Both the position numbers and the translations under genes were made by a program. 64,000 nucleotides of DNA from Flectonema sp. DT1601 (Eukaryota), in the NCBI GenBank assembly GCA_964019425.1, contig OZ025796.1, positions 1,302,001 to 1,366,000 on the forward strand, read 5' to 3'. Shown here piece after piece: positions 23,599-34,659 of the stretch; the first letter of the stretch is position 1, and every line of letters starts with the position of its first letter. Below the pieces are notes generated by a model. The model searched no databases. It was not told the origin of the DNA and saw only the letters and a list, made by a program, of their open reading frames with translations.

Positions 23599-24026
23599 AC
23601 GAAGAACCATTTTTATCATCGTCATCCTATCTCTGTGATAAAATGGCGTTATTGGTTTTTTTTTTTCCCTCTTTTTTTTTTTCCCCATCTAAAATCTAAA
23701 AGGCAATTCCATTTCCTGTTTTTTTTTTATAGTTTACTTATTCAGCCTATCCCTGGAACTCTCTCAAGAGCAGGTTTTTCAAAAAAAAAAAAAAAAAAAA
23801 AAATAAATGGAGGAAAACAATGGAAAAAAAAAAAAAGAAAGAAAAAAATGTCCATCTTGAAAGGCACGAAATCATAAAATGATAAGTAACTTGGCAGTTA
23901 ATTTTGATTTAAAAAAAAAAAAAAAACAAATTCACGTAAATTAATAACAATACTTTTCATCTCACGCAGACAAGACATGATGTGTATAGCTTCTTCTTAT
24001 TCGTAACCCTCTCTCTGGTTATAACA

Positions 24027-26060
24027 ATGAACACCTTCTTGTGTGATTGCATGACAGGTCGAGTAGACGCAGTTCTCGACGCAATAAATAATGATGAAAA
24101 ACTTCTAACAAAGTGTGACGATGTTGGAAGGAATTGTTTTTGGCATGCGGCAGCAATGGGTCATTCAGAACTGATTAATAGTTTGTGTGATTTGGCTGAA
24201 AAAAAACACATCCCTGGGACTTCTGGACTACTTTGTAAAGACAACCATAGAGGAACAGCATTACACGCAGCGGTGTTGGGAGGATGTGGGATAAAATTAA
24301 AAAAATCATCAGACGAAGTTGATGAAATAATTAAAATAAAATTAAACAACCTCTATCACGATAAATACGTCTTGGAAATCTCACCTTACATTTCGATAAT
24401 ACAAACTATTTATAACAGAGCACCTGACTGCTGTTGGGGACGAGGAAGAAGAGGACGAATGGGATCAGAGTCACGTTCTATATTGGAATCTCGTGGAGGA
24501 GTTGATAACAACACAGCTGTTGAGTTGGCTTCCATCTGTTCTAAAAATTATTTCATTGCTGTTTTACTGCTGACTCAAATTCAGTTAAATTCAGTCATGA
24601 AATCAGAATTGAGAAATGAATTCGGAACTCTACTACAACTACATCACCCTGACAACAACATCAACATTATTGATATTATTAAACAATCAAAGGCGACAAT
24701 ATTATGGAATGAATCACCCGATTCTACGTCAGCTATTTCAATTTTCAACACCTCCGGATTCTTCGACGTAATCCCCGAAAAGGGATTCTCACACACAGAC
24801 AGTGCCTTCTATTTCGCAATACAACACCAGCATGTTGAAACAGCAGAGTTTTTACTTTACGCTGGTGCCAATCCGAACCGGGTTATAAATAAGAAAACCA
24901 TTCTAAGACTCTGCTGTGAACAGGGTTATATTGAAGGGTGTCGTCTCGTTATAAATTGGGGAGGGAGACTGTTACCGTCTGAAGAAAGAAATTTAAAACT
25001 TACTGCCACAGCTGAAATTGAAACCCTCTTATCTACTTTAAAAGATAAAGACAGAGTATTGTTAACTGAAGCTTCCTTCAGTGAACTAAACGAACTGGTT
25101 AGGATGATAAGACAAAAGAATTATATTGAAAATAAAAAAACTACTCATCGAGTGTGGGATCTCTTTGAAACTCTTCAGTGTGCTTTAGCAGGTGCACCTC
25201 AATACGGTAATGAATTTGATTGGAATGCTATTTGTAAGTACACTTCAGCAATGTTACTGTCGGATGTTTTGCATTGTTTTTACTACACACCATCGGTAGA
25301 AGAATTACAAAATACAGAAATAGTTGACAAGTCTTTTTCATTGGGATCTGTTAACGAGGTCTTCTTTCAAAAATTAGCAAACAGAACAGATGGTGTAGTG
25401 CTTCGGGTGTTGGAATCTTTAATCACAAAACAATTTCAGAATGACGAGTCAATTTCGAAAAAGGCATTTGAAAATTCTGTTAAAAGACGTCAAAAAACTT
25501 CGGAAAATAATAGTCAAAGACCACATCCATACTCAAATAGCAGCAGCTATCTGGTGTTGGTTGTGTTGTCGACTGTTGCCGTTATAACAGCCTGTGATAC
25601 ATCCAGAGAAGTTGGAGATCACGTTATGATCATCAGACCTGTTCCTCTGTCGTCAGCAACTCCAGGGACACGAGGAATTGTAACATCAGTTGTTAGGATT
25701 AAAGCAGTTGTTGAACTTCAGATTACATTCTCACAACCTGATTTAATGACATATTTCTATCCGAGCTCACATGTAAAACTACTTTGGAGGAAATCGTGGA
25801 ATAGACGAAATGAATCGCCTGGTAGTCGTCGTCCTTCACGTCGGAGGAGTGTTCTTTGTAACGTATCAGTTGAACTCTCAAGGAGTAATCTGTTCCCATA
25901 TTCTAATCAGTTGATTACTTCAATATGTTCAACTAGAGAGTATCAGAATCTTGTTATTCAGATACAAAACCTTCCCATTGAACCTCCACCACCACCACCA
26001 CCTCAGACTGTTGATAAAAATACCACAGATGGGTGTTGTTCTAACTGTGTTATGAGTTAA
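24027..26060 (+). CDS. Ankyrin-repeat protein with C-terminal CaaX box
   Basis: Ankyrin motifs GRNCFWHAAAMGHSELI, GTALHAAVLGG, SAFYFAIQHQHVETAEFLLYAGANPN; ends GCCSNCVMS*. ATG 24027 preferred over the GTG start at 23982. Confidence 0.8.
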   Translation: MNTFLCDCMTGRVDAVLDAINNDEKLLTKCDDVGRNCFWHAAAMGHSELINSLCDLAEKKHIPGTSGLLCKDNHRGTALHAAVLGGCGIKLKKSSDEVDEIIKIKLNNLYHDKYVLEISPYISIIQTIYNRAPDCCWGRGRRGRMGSESRSILESRGGVDNNTAVELASICSKNYFIAVLLLTQIQLNSVMKSELRNEFGTLLQLHHPDNNINIIDIIKQSKATILWNESPDSTSAISIFNTSGFFDVIPEKGFSHTDSAFYFAIQHQHVETAEFLLYAGANPNRVINKKTILRLCCEQGYIEGCRLVINWGGRLLPSEERNLKLTATAEIETLLSTLKDKDRVLLTEASFSELNELVRMIRQKNYIENKKTTHRVWDLFETLQCALAGAPQYGNEFDWNAICKYTSAMLLSDVLHCFYYTPSVEELQNTEIVDKSFSLGSVNEVFFQKLANRTDGVVLRVLESLITKQFQNDESISKKAFENSVKRRQKTSENNSQRPHPYSNSSSYLVLVVLSTVAVITACDTSREVGDHVMIIRPVPLSSATPGTRGIVTSVVRIKAVVELQITFSQPDLMTYFYPSSHVKLLWRKSWNRRNESPGSRRPSRRRSVLCNVSVELSRSNLFPYSNQLITSICSTREYQNLVIQIQNLPIEPPPPPPPQTVDKNTTDGCCSNCVMS

Positions 26061-26175
26061 GTTTGGCATTGATATTTACACTTTTTCTTTTGGTCGTATT
26101 TAGATTACAGTCCGTTCTCAGTTGTTTGTTCATTTCTTACTCTTCAAACAGAATAAATAAAACAACACCCACATA

Positions 26176-27081
26176 ATGAAATACAAAGATTCAATTATTG
26201 TTAAAAAACCCTTACAGAGAGTAGTATCAAACAGTAAGTCACCTCGAAGAAAGTGTTTAAAAGCTTCCCCAGGTAGTATTAGAAGGAGGAAGCGATTAAA
26301 AGAAGAAGAAATAGCGATTGCGCCACCACCAATACTACTGCCAGAAGTTGACTATGTTTCGTGCACTGTTAAATGTAAAACAATAGCATTGGGTGGATAC
26401 CTGAGCTTTAGGGAAACTGATATTCAAGTATACAAGAGCGGGCTATTAGCCTTTTCAATCATGACTGAGGAGAGGTCTGGAGCGAAGGTTATAATTAGAA
26501 CTGAGGAGATCATCGGATGTAGTGTCACTGAAAAAGTTATAGCGATAAAATTACAATCTGTTTCTGGGATACTATCACGCTATATCATACCTGGTAGTAA
26601 TGATAAATCAACTGTTGTCATACAGTTAGATGTGATTAATTTTAATGTATTAGAAGATATAAGAAAAAGACTGAGATCAATGTACGGGGAACTTCCAACC
26701 ACAACAGTCGGTGTCTTAGAAAGTAAAGTCAGACTGATGAGCGCACAAAGCAGCATAGCCTCACTGACAGATAGCATCTCTCTTGCTAAAGGTGAAAATC
26801 TCAATTCTCTATCTGACATTCAACTAAGTCAGCATCGAGAGTCTACCTTCTTCGCTCTTCAAAAGGTTCAACACCTCCTTGATTCAAAATATGCATCGCT
26901 CCTCTCTGAACATCATTGCGTCTGCTGTACTGACTCTCTGACTTCTATTTTATTATTACCCTGTAGACATATGGTGTTATGTGGTGACTGCTACAAACAG
27001 TTATCGATAAAAACAGGTGAGATGATATGTCCGTTATGTAGGACTGCTGTTGAAGAACATCATGAAGCTTATCGTAGCTGA
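26176..27081 (+). CDS. C3HC4 RING-finger protein (putative E3 ligase), possibly with a PH-like N-terminal region
   Basis: CVCC-x9-LPCRHMVLCGDC...CPLCR at the C-terminus. Confidence 0.85.
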   Translation: MKYKDSIIVKKPLQRVVSNSKSPRRKCLKASPGSIRRRKRLKEEEIAIAPPPILLPEVDYVSCTVKCKTIALGGYLSFRETDIQVYKSGLLAFSIMTEERSGAKVIIRTEEIIGCSVTEKVIAIKLQSVSGILSRYIIPGSNDKSTVVIQLDVINFNVLEDIRKRLRSMYGELPTTTVGVLESKVRLMSAQSSIASLTDSISLAKGENLNSLSDIQLSQHRESTFFALQKVQHLLDSKYASLLSEHHCVCCTDSLTSILLLPCRHMVLCGDCYKQLSIKTGEMICPLCRTAVEEHHEAYRS

Positions 27082-27237
27082 GGTTGTTATGTGTATTTAC
27101 TATTTCTTGGTGAGGTTTTCAATACTCCCATGTTAGATTATTTTATTAGATTATAATGGTTAATTTATTACTTCTGATTGATGAGTTTTATGTTCTTCTC
27201 GCCACAGCTCTTTTTAGTTTACACCCCTTCGCTAAAA

Positions 27238-27600
27238 ATGTCTTCCGGAGCCGCCGATGGTGTCATGTGTCCGCACTGCAAGTCCTTCCAGTACTACTAC
27301 TGCCAGAACTGTCCTGGAAACAAGGTATGTGATGTGATGTGATGTGTTCCTTTTTGACTTCATTCTAATTTCCCTTTTTTGAAACATAACAAACTAAAAC
27401 AGGTTGCCTACTGTGCTGCCCACAACACCCAGGCTAAGAACAAGCACGCCCTTCACGTTAAGGTTTACGAAGGAAGCTCCCAGAAGTGTAATAAATGCGG
27501 AAACAACTACTGCATCAAGCCAGCTACTGTTGCGCAAGTTCAGGAGTTTGAGAAGAAGGAGGCGACCCTCTTCCAGGGACGTCTTGAGTTGGACCGTTAA
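27238..27600 (+). CDS. Cys/His-rich microprotein, array copy 1 (94 aa); exons 27238-27324, 27403-27600
   Basis: MSSGAADGVMCPHCKSFQYYYCQNCPGNK|VAYCAAHNTQAKNKHALHVKVYEGSSQKCNKCGNNYCIKPATVAQVQEFEKKEATLFQGRLELDR; phase-0 intron GTATGT...AAAACAG. Confidence 0.9.
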
Positions 27601-28024
27601 GCAACTTGTTGTAATGGGAGCACTCCGATGTACGATTTGGAAAGATAAACTTCTATCCCTCAATGCAATTGAAAATAAGTACTTCACATAAGTGAATTAC
27701 TTTATTATAATTTTATAAATGCACTCGAATAAAACAGAAAAACAAAACAAGCAGACGATCCCAAACGTCAAAATTGCTTGTAGACAGCCTTCTCTCTTCT
27801 TGCAACAATACGCTGCACATATGAATTCCCTTCCCAAGACTGGGTTGCGTGGTTTGAAAAGAAGTGGGTTGTTTTAAGTAGTTTTAAAGAAATACTTAAC
27901 AACAGGTCTCACAGTCATGGTCAGTCGTCGTTGAAAAATTAAACTCTTGGGCTTTTGTGTTGTATTCCCTTTTAGATATTTTCCCAACGACAGCTCTTTT
28001 AATTTTCTTAACCCTTCTCTAAAA

Positions 28025-28391
28025 ATGTCCTCCGGAGCCGCCGATGGTGTCATGTGTCCGCACTGCAAGTCCTTCCAGTACTACTACTGCCAGAACTGTC
28101 CTGGAAACAAGGTATGTGATGTGATGTGATGTGATGTGTTCCTTTTTGACTTCATTCTAATTTCCCTTTTTGAAACATAACAAACTAAAACAGGTTGCCT
28201 ACTGTGCTGCCCACAACACCCAGGCTAAGAACAAGCACGCCCTTCACGTTAAGGTTTACGAAGGAAGCTCCCAGAAGTGTAATAAGTGCGGAAACAACTA
28301 CTGCATCAAGCCAGCTACTGTTGCGCAAGTTCAGGAGTTTGAGAAGAAGGAGGCGACTCTCTTCCAGGGACGTCTTGAGTTGGATCGTTAA
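28025..28391 (+). CDS. Cys/His-rich microprotein, copy 2; exons 28025-28111, 28194-28391
   Basis: Same protein as copy 1; synonymous changes only. Confidence 0.9.
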
Positions 28392-28771
28392 ACTTATTTT
28401 GGAATCTCGACTTTATTCTCCTATGTCGTCGTCTTATTGTTCGCCTACTGATCTTATTGTTTTATTTTTATATCGTTCGTACATCCTCAGCGATCCGCCT
28501 GCCTACCCAGCGGGATTATTATCGATTGCAAGGTTTTCTTCCTCTCTTTATTCTCACACTTTGTTGTGTGTATGCTGGGGTATTATCCGGGTATTACTTA
28601 GGCTGTTATGTCATCACGTAATTAATTTATTTACATTGTCAGACTTAGCCTCATAGATGGGTTATTAGTAAGCAAATATTGTTATCGATTATCGATAGGA
28701 TTTATTTCTGTTTATTGAGTACTTCATACTTTCCAAAGCTCATTTGTTACCAAAACCCAAAAACACTCAAA

Positions 28772-29153
28772 ATGTCCTCCGGAGCCGCCACTGGTGTCAT
28801 GTGCCCGCACTGCAAGTCCTTCCAGTACTACTACTGCCAGAACTGCCCTGGAAACAAGGTATGTGATGTGATGTATTGAATAAGGGAAACTACTCTTGTC
28901 TACTAATTTATATCATCTGCGTCACAACAACAACAATCACAACATAAAACAGGTTGCCTACTGTGCTGCCCACAACACCCAGGCTAAGAACAAGCACGCC
29001 CTTCACGTTAAGGTTTACGAAGGAAGCTCCCAGAAGTGCGTAAAGTGCGGAAACAACTACTGCATCAAGCCAGCTTCCGTTGCACAGGTTCAGGAGTTTG
29101 AGAAGAAGGAGGCTACTCTGTACCAGGGACGTATGGACGAGGGAACTCGTTAA
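28772..29153 (+). CDS. Cys/His-rich microprotein, copy 3 (variant B, 95 aa); exons 28772-28858, 28953-29153
   Basis: MSSGAATG..., CVKC, ends YQGRMDEGTR; different intron body from copies 1 and 2. Confidence 0.9.
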
Positions 29154-29615
29154 ACGTGAGAACTGCTGTTGGACGGTTCTGAAACGTAGATGGCGTGTCG
29201 TAGCAGACTGACTAAACAGAAAAAAAGAAAGAAAAAAAAAAAAAAAGAAATGCACACAAGAAACAATAAACCAACTCGTTGCATAAGCAGCTCCTGCACT
29301 TAACGGCCATCCTGCTATTCCTCTACGTGATGTAATTTCACACTGGCGTGCCACCGCGCTTTGCTAGTGCGAGCGGCCTTCTCCACGGCTTGTGAGAGCC
29401 GAGCGTTGGGTTTTTCGCAGTTGCTGCTCCTGCTGTGAAGAAAAGTACTTCAATCGTTTTTACCTCCCGTCCACCAGAAGATTTTAATATTAATCGAAAT
29501 GTGTGTTCCTGAAGTACAATCTGACCTTGTGTTCTATTTCTTCGTATTTATACTCAGCGACAAGTAGTTTTCATTTCCTCCTCTCAGCTTTTTAGTTTTC
29601 TAAAACACTACAAAA

Positions 29616-29978
29616 ATGTCTTCCGGAGCCGCCGATGGTGTCATGTGCCCGCACTGCAAGTCCTTCCAGTACTACTACTGCCAGAACTGTCCTGGAAACA
29701 AGGTATGTGATGTGATGTGATGTGTTCCTTTTTGACTTCATTCTAATTTCCCTTTTTTGAAACATAACAAACTAAAACAGGTTGCCTACTGCGCTGCCCA
29801 CAACACCCAGGCTAAGAACAAGCACGCCCTTCACGTTAAGGTTTACGAAGGAAGCTCCCAGAAGTGTAATAAGTGCGGAAACAACTACTGCATCAAGCCA
29901 GCTACTGTTGCGCAAGTTCAGGAGTTTGAGAAGAAGGAGGCGACTCTCTTCCAGGGACGTCTTGAGATGGACCGTTAG
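29616..29978 (+). CDS. Cys/His-rich microprotein, copy 4; exons 29616-29702, 29781-29978
   Basis: Variant A ending RLEMDR. Confidence 0.9.
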
Positions 29979-30410
29979 AAAATATTCTATTCTGTGATGC
30001 CACAAATATTTACAAGAATTTCTCTTAATTATATTACCAACAGCCTTGTCTGTATTACTCTCAAAGAAAAGAAAAAAAAAGGAAGAAAATAAAACTACTT
30101 TGCTACCTTGGATGAGCGGCGAACAAGCCCGCAATAAGATCATCGAGAACATCCGGCTCACGATCGGGTACCCCTGCTTTCACGGCTGGGTGTGGGTAAG
30201 TGGCAATTACGTCACTTTTTTTTATAAAATTAATTTGATAATGTAAATAAAATAAATTATCTCTTCCATTTTTTCTTGTTTCAGTCACCACAGATGTCTG
30301 CTTGCTATTCTGCGTAAGACGAAGTTTTATTTATCCTTGTGGCTGTGAGTGTTATGGAGCAACTTAACTATGTTATGTTTGTAGATATTTTTTTATCCTT
30401 TTTACTAAAA

Positions 30411-31339
30411 ATGTCTTCCGGAGCCGCCGATGGTGTCATGTGTCCGCACTGCAAGTCCTTCCAGTACTACTACTGCCAGAACTGTCCTGGAAACAAGGTA
30501 TGTGATATGTTCTCTTGATAATTTAATTTAGTTTTGTGAACTCTTTCTTATTCCGTCTGGATTATCGCCAGCGATTATGAGGAGGTCTTTTCGTTTCTCA
30601 TGTCTTGGGAGTTAATGCATTTCGTCTTGGTCGTCTCATCAATCGATTCTGGAGTTTTTCGAAACAGAGCGGCGCACCACATCTTCTACATCGAAGGCTG
30701 TGAAGGTTCTCGAAAACAAGAGAAACCGATTAAAGAGAGAAAACCACAGAGAACATGAAACCAGCCGCTGAACTGGCTGCTTCATTCACCCAAGCCATTA
30801 CGAGGTCAGCGAACCTGACACACTCGAGCTCAAGCGCACCCCAGACACTGTGCGTGATGTCGGAGAGTTCCGCTTCACATGCGGGCCACACTTGGAAGCT
30901 TGACCCGGGTCATCGTGAACCGGATCCCGAAGCACTTCACAACCCCATCGGTGGTGTCGTGATCGGATTGGCTGCTCTTCATCAGCTCTTCGACGGCCAC
31001 TCTGCTCGCGGAACCAAACGCCCTCAAATGCATTAAATTTTTTTTTTCATACTACCTGCAAACTGTCTCTTCATTTTTCTCTACCGTTTACATGCTGACG
31101 CAAAAAAACGCTTACATTTAATGTGGGTCCAGGGCAATTGTTCTTCTATTCTTCCTCAGGTAGTATGAAACGTTTTAACTTATTTATGAGGTGGTTCGAT
31201 TATCATCATAAGATCTGACTTATTTATCACATATGTAAAATATGTGAAAAAGGAAGGAACAAAAGTTAATAATGCTTCGTGTCGAAGTAAGTTGTGTCTC
31301 GTGGCGATTGAGTTGACATAACTGTCAGACTTAAATCAA

Positions 31340-31374
<35 letters not shown>

Positions 31375-32165
31375 TTGTTACTATGAAATAGAAAGGATAA
31401 GCTCTCATGTCACACATCATCCTGTAGATGAATGGGGTAAGAAGAACGAAAGACTTAGCTAATCAGCATATTTAAACATCAAACCTGAACCCTAGATGTT
31501 GTACTCAGCGGGGTGTTTTACTTAATGAGAATGGTCTCTCTTCTGTACATTTAAATAACTGCAGTATCCTCATCATCTGTTCTTTCTCCCTTTTCAGCTT
31601 CTCTTCGGCATCTTAATAGGCACTCACCTATCAGATAATTCATTCAAGATGTAATCGGTAATACCTTGCCACACATCTTTCTAATTCCAATAAGATTCCA
31701 TACAAAAAGTGGGTTAAAAGAATTGTTTCTTTAATCTCTTATGGGCTTCTGTTTTTTGGACAAGTCGTTTTCTCACTTAATAAATAAAAAAACGTCACGT
31801 ATGTTAAGCGCCCATACTGTAATGGCAGCACACCTGATTCTCGAAAAAGGTGGTCCTGGTTCGATCCCGGGTGGGTGCATTTTGAGAATTCAAAAATGTA
31901 ACAGACACAGTTTAATCTTTTGACTTCATTCTAATTTCCCTTTTTGAAACATAACAAACTAAAACAGGTTGCCTACTGTGCTGCCCACAACACCCAGGCT
32001 AAGAACAAGCACGCCCTTCACGTTAAGGTTTACGAAGGAAGCTCCCAGAAGTGTAATAAATGCGGAAACAACTACTGCATCAAGCCAGCTACTGTTGCGC
32101 AAGTTCAGGAGTTTGAGAAGAAGGAGGCGACTCTCTTCCAGGGACGTCTTGAGATGGACCGTTAG
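30411..32165 (+). CDS. Cys/His-rich microprotein, copy 5 with an expanded 1470-nt intron; exons 30411-30497, 31968-32165
   Basis: Intact exon 1 and donor at 30498; the standard intron 3' part and exon 2 resume at ~31917. Could alternatively be two orphan half-genes. Confidence 0.7.
30512..31916. other. ~1.4 kb foreign insertion within the copy-5 intron
   Basis: Absent from the 77-82 nt introns of copies 1, 2, 4 and 6; contains a GC-rich coding-like fragment (~30660-31030), a long T run (~31345-31373) and a tRNA-like element. Boundaries approximate. Confidence 0.7.
31808..31879 (+). tRNA. tRNA-like element / tRNA pseudogene with a degenerate anticodon arm (identity unassignable)
   Basis: 72 nt; acceptor stem GCGCCCA/TGGGTGC+A; T-arm CCTGG-TTCGATC-CCGGG (intact B box); D-region TACTGTAATGGCAGCAC; anticodon stem pairs only 3 of 5; followed by TTTT. 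Confidence 0.75.
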
Positions 32166-32574
32166 AAAATATTCTATTCTGTGATTCCACAAATATTTAA
32201 AAAGAATTTTTTTTTATTTATATTATTGACGCACGCATTTATGTGATTGAAGCGACGAGAAAGAAAATATGAAAACATGTCAGCAAGTTCGATCGTTCCA
32301 GCAGCTCCACTGAAAAGAGCTCAAAACGATGGTTATGCTGCGGGTCCCCTGTCGTAAAGACCGGGTGTGGGTTGTGACTCTCGCGAGTCACATCTTTTGA
32401 GAACCTAATCTGATACCATTTTGAAGTTAATTCTACCTCACAGACAAGACATGAGAACCTATTGAACTGTGGTATTATCTGTTGCTGTATTTCTTGAATT
32501 TCTGATCGGTGGGTTTTATTTTCGTTATGTTCTTCTCGCCACAGCTCTTTTTAGTTTACACCCCTTCGCTAAAA

Positions 32575-32936
32575 ATGTCTTCCGGAGCCGCCGATGGTGT
32601 CATGTGCCCGCACTGCAAGTCCTTCCAGTACTACTACTGCCAGAACTGTCCTGGAAACAAGGTATGTGATGTGATGTGATGTGTTCATTTTTGACTTCAT
32701 TCTAATTTCCCTTTTTGAAACATAACAAACTAAAACAGGTTGCCTACTGTGCTGCCCACAACACCCAGGCTAAGAACAAGCACGCCCTTCACGTTAAGGT
32801 TTACGAAGGAAGCTCCCAGAAGTGTAATAAATGCGGAAACAACTACTGCATCAAGCCAGCTACTGTTGCGCAAGTTCAGGAGTTTGAGAAGAAGGAGGCG
32901 ACTCTCTTCCAGGGACGTCTTGAGTTGGACCGTTAA
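32575..32936 (+). CDS. Cys/His-rich microprotein, copy 6; exons 32575-32661, 32739-32936
   Basis: Variant A; shares ~45 nt of 5' flank with copy 1. Confidence 0.9.
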
Positions 32937-33321
32937 GCTGATATAAAACGGGACGAGTAAAAAAATCCGAAAACCAAAGAAGATGATTTCAAGCCGTGGG
33001 TTACCACACTCATCCCTCTCAAGACTATCTACATAAGTAGTTAGTCTATCACATCCCCAACACAGAGTGATTGTCTTTACCGACTTGTGTTCTGTTTTTC
33101 CCCTCCCGTAATTGGGCTGGGTTGTGGTTCAGAAAGTTATATATTCATTCGAAACGTTCTTTTATCACTAATTTACACACAGGGAGACTTGTACTACGGT
33201 GAGGCCATGTTGGTAAGGCCATGATTGCATTCCTCGTGTGAGAAAGAGAAAATATTGCGTATGGTCACTCGTGACACCAATTCTCTCACAGCTCTCTAAG
33301 TCATCACCAAAAACACTCAAA

Positions 33322-33703
33322 ATGTCCTCCGGAGCCGCCACTGGTGTCATGTGCCCGCACTGCAAGTCCTTCCAGTACTACTACTGCCAGAACTGCCCTG
33401 GAAACAAGGTATGTGATGTGATGTATTGAATAAGGGAAACTACTCTTGTCTACTAATTTATATCATCTGCGTCACAACAACAACAATAACAAACTAAAAC
33501 AGGTTGCCTACTGTGCTGCCCACAACACCCAGGCTAAGAACAAGCACGCCCTTCACGTTAAGGTTTACGAAGGAACTTCCCAGAAGTGCGTAAAGTGCGG
33601 AAACAACTACTGCATCAAGCCAGCTTCAGTTGCACAGGTTCAGGAGTTTGAGAAGAAGGAGGCTACTCTGTACCAGGGACGTATGGACGAGGGAACTCGT
33701 TAG
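33322..33703 (+). CDS. Cys/His-rich microprotein, copy 7 (variant B); exons 33322-33408, 33503-33703
   Basis: Intron nearly identical to that of copy 3; YEGTSQK variant. Confidence 0.9.
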
Positions 33704-34223
33704 GTTACCCAAAGAGAGGGGAGTATCAGGTCAGTTGAAAAAAGAAAACAATAAGAATACTGATTAGACTTGTCCATGGGTTCATCAACGAGTACTACGT
33801 CTACGGATAGCCACCACAAGTAAAGCTAAATGTGTTAATTTCAATACAGAATAGTATCCAAAACAACAAGATGTTCACAACTCAAGATAATTGACCCTTT
33901 TAACAGAAGTGAATAATTTCCTTTCTTGCCTTGCTGAGTAGCAAATCGTTTTTTTATCCCGAACGTTTTTTTTCTTCCTTTTTTTTCTTTTTTTTTCTAT
34001 TTTCTTTGTTGTTGTGCGAAATTATTCTCGTCAGTCGTTAAAAGGAATAGAGTCTGGGCAGGTAATGGAACATAACTCTCTTTTTTACTTCAGGTTGGTT
34101 GTTCTTAAATACGAAAACAAGTGAGATGGTAGAGGATTAGCTCGTGGCTTATTTGTACGAATTTCCGGTTAAAACTTTTTGTTTCACAGCATTTTATTAG
34201 TTCACAAAAAAACTCAAAAAAAA

Positions 34224-34659
34224 ATGTCCTCCGGATCCGCCGATGGTGTCATGTGCCCGCACTGCAAGTCCTTCCAGTACTACTACTGCCAGAACTGTCC
34301 TGGAAACAAGGTATGTGATGTGATGTGATGTGATGTATTTAATTGAAAACTTTAATATGTTTCCAAGGGTAGGCCTTCAGATGCGCAGTCCTATCCCTGA
34401 AGCCTTCTTTAGACATAACGTATCTGGTAATTGGTTGAAACATAACAAACTAAAACAGGTTGCCTACTGTGCTGCCCACAACACCCAGGCTAAGAACAAG
34501 CACGCCCTTCACGTTAAGGTTTACGAAGGAAGCTCCCAGAAGTGCGTAAAGTGCGGAAACAACTACTGCATCAAGCCAGCTTCAGTTGCACAGGTTCAGG
34601 AGTTTGAGAAGAAGGAGGCGACCCTCTTCCAGGGACGTATGGACGAGGGAACTCGTTAA
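34224..34659 (+). CDS. Cys/His-rich microprotein, copy 8 (A/B mosaic); exons 34224-34310, 34459-34659
   Basis: MSSGSADG (A-like), CVKC and PASV (B), LFQG (A), RMDEGTR plus 3' flank like copy 3 (B); 148-nt intron. Confidence 0.9.

Larger units (their letters stand above)
27238..34659 (+). repeat. Tandem array of 8 near-identical two-exon genes separated by mostly non-homologous 380-520 nt spacers
   Basis: Direct sequence comparison of the copies listed above. Confidence 0.95.

Noticed and set aside
30755..31036. 93-aa ORF in the intron insertion as a gene or transposase
   Set aside because: No recognisable motif on either strand strong enough to call; recorded only as part of the insertion.
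27404..32946. Alternative-frame ORFs MPTVLPTTPRLR... repeated in the array
   Set aside because: They start at TTG inside exon 2 and end variably; substitutions between copies are mostly synonymous in the Cys-rich frame, and the open +1 frame follows from codon bias.
27238..34659. Repeat-spacer layout superficially like a CRISPR or cassette array
   Set aside because: The repeats are whole intron-containing genes of ~360-440 nt; no cas or integrase genes; eukaryotic context.
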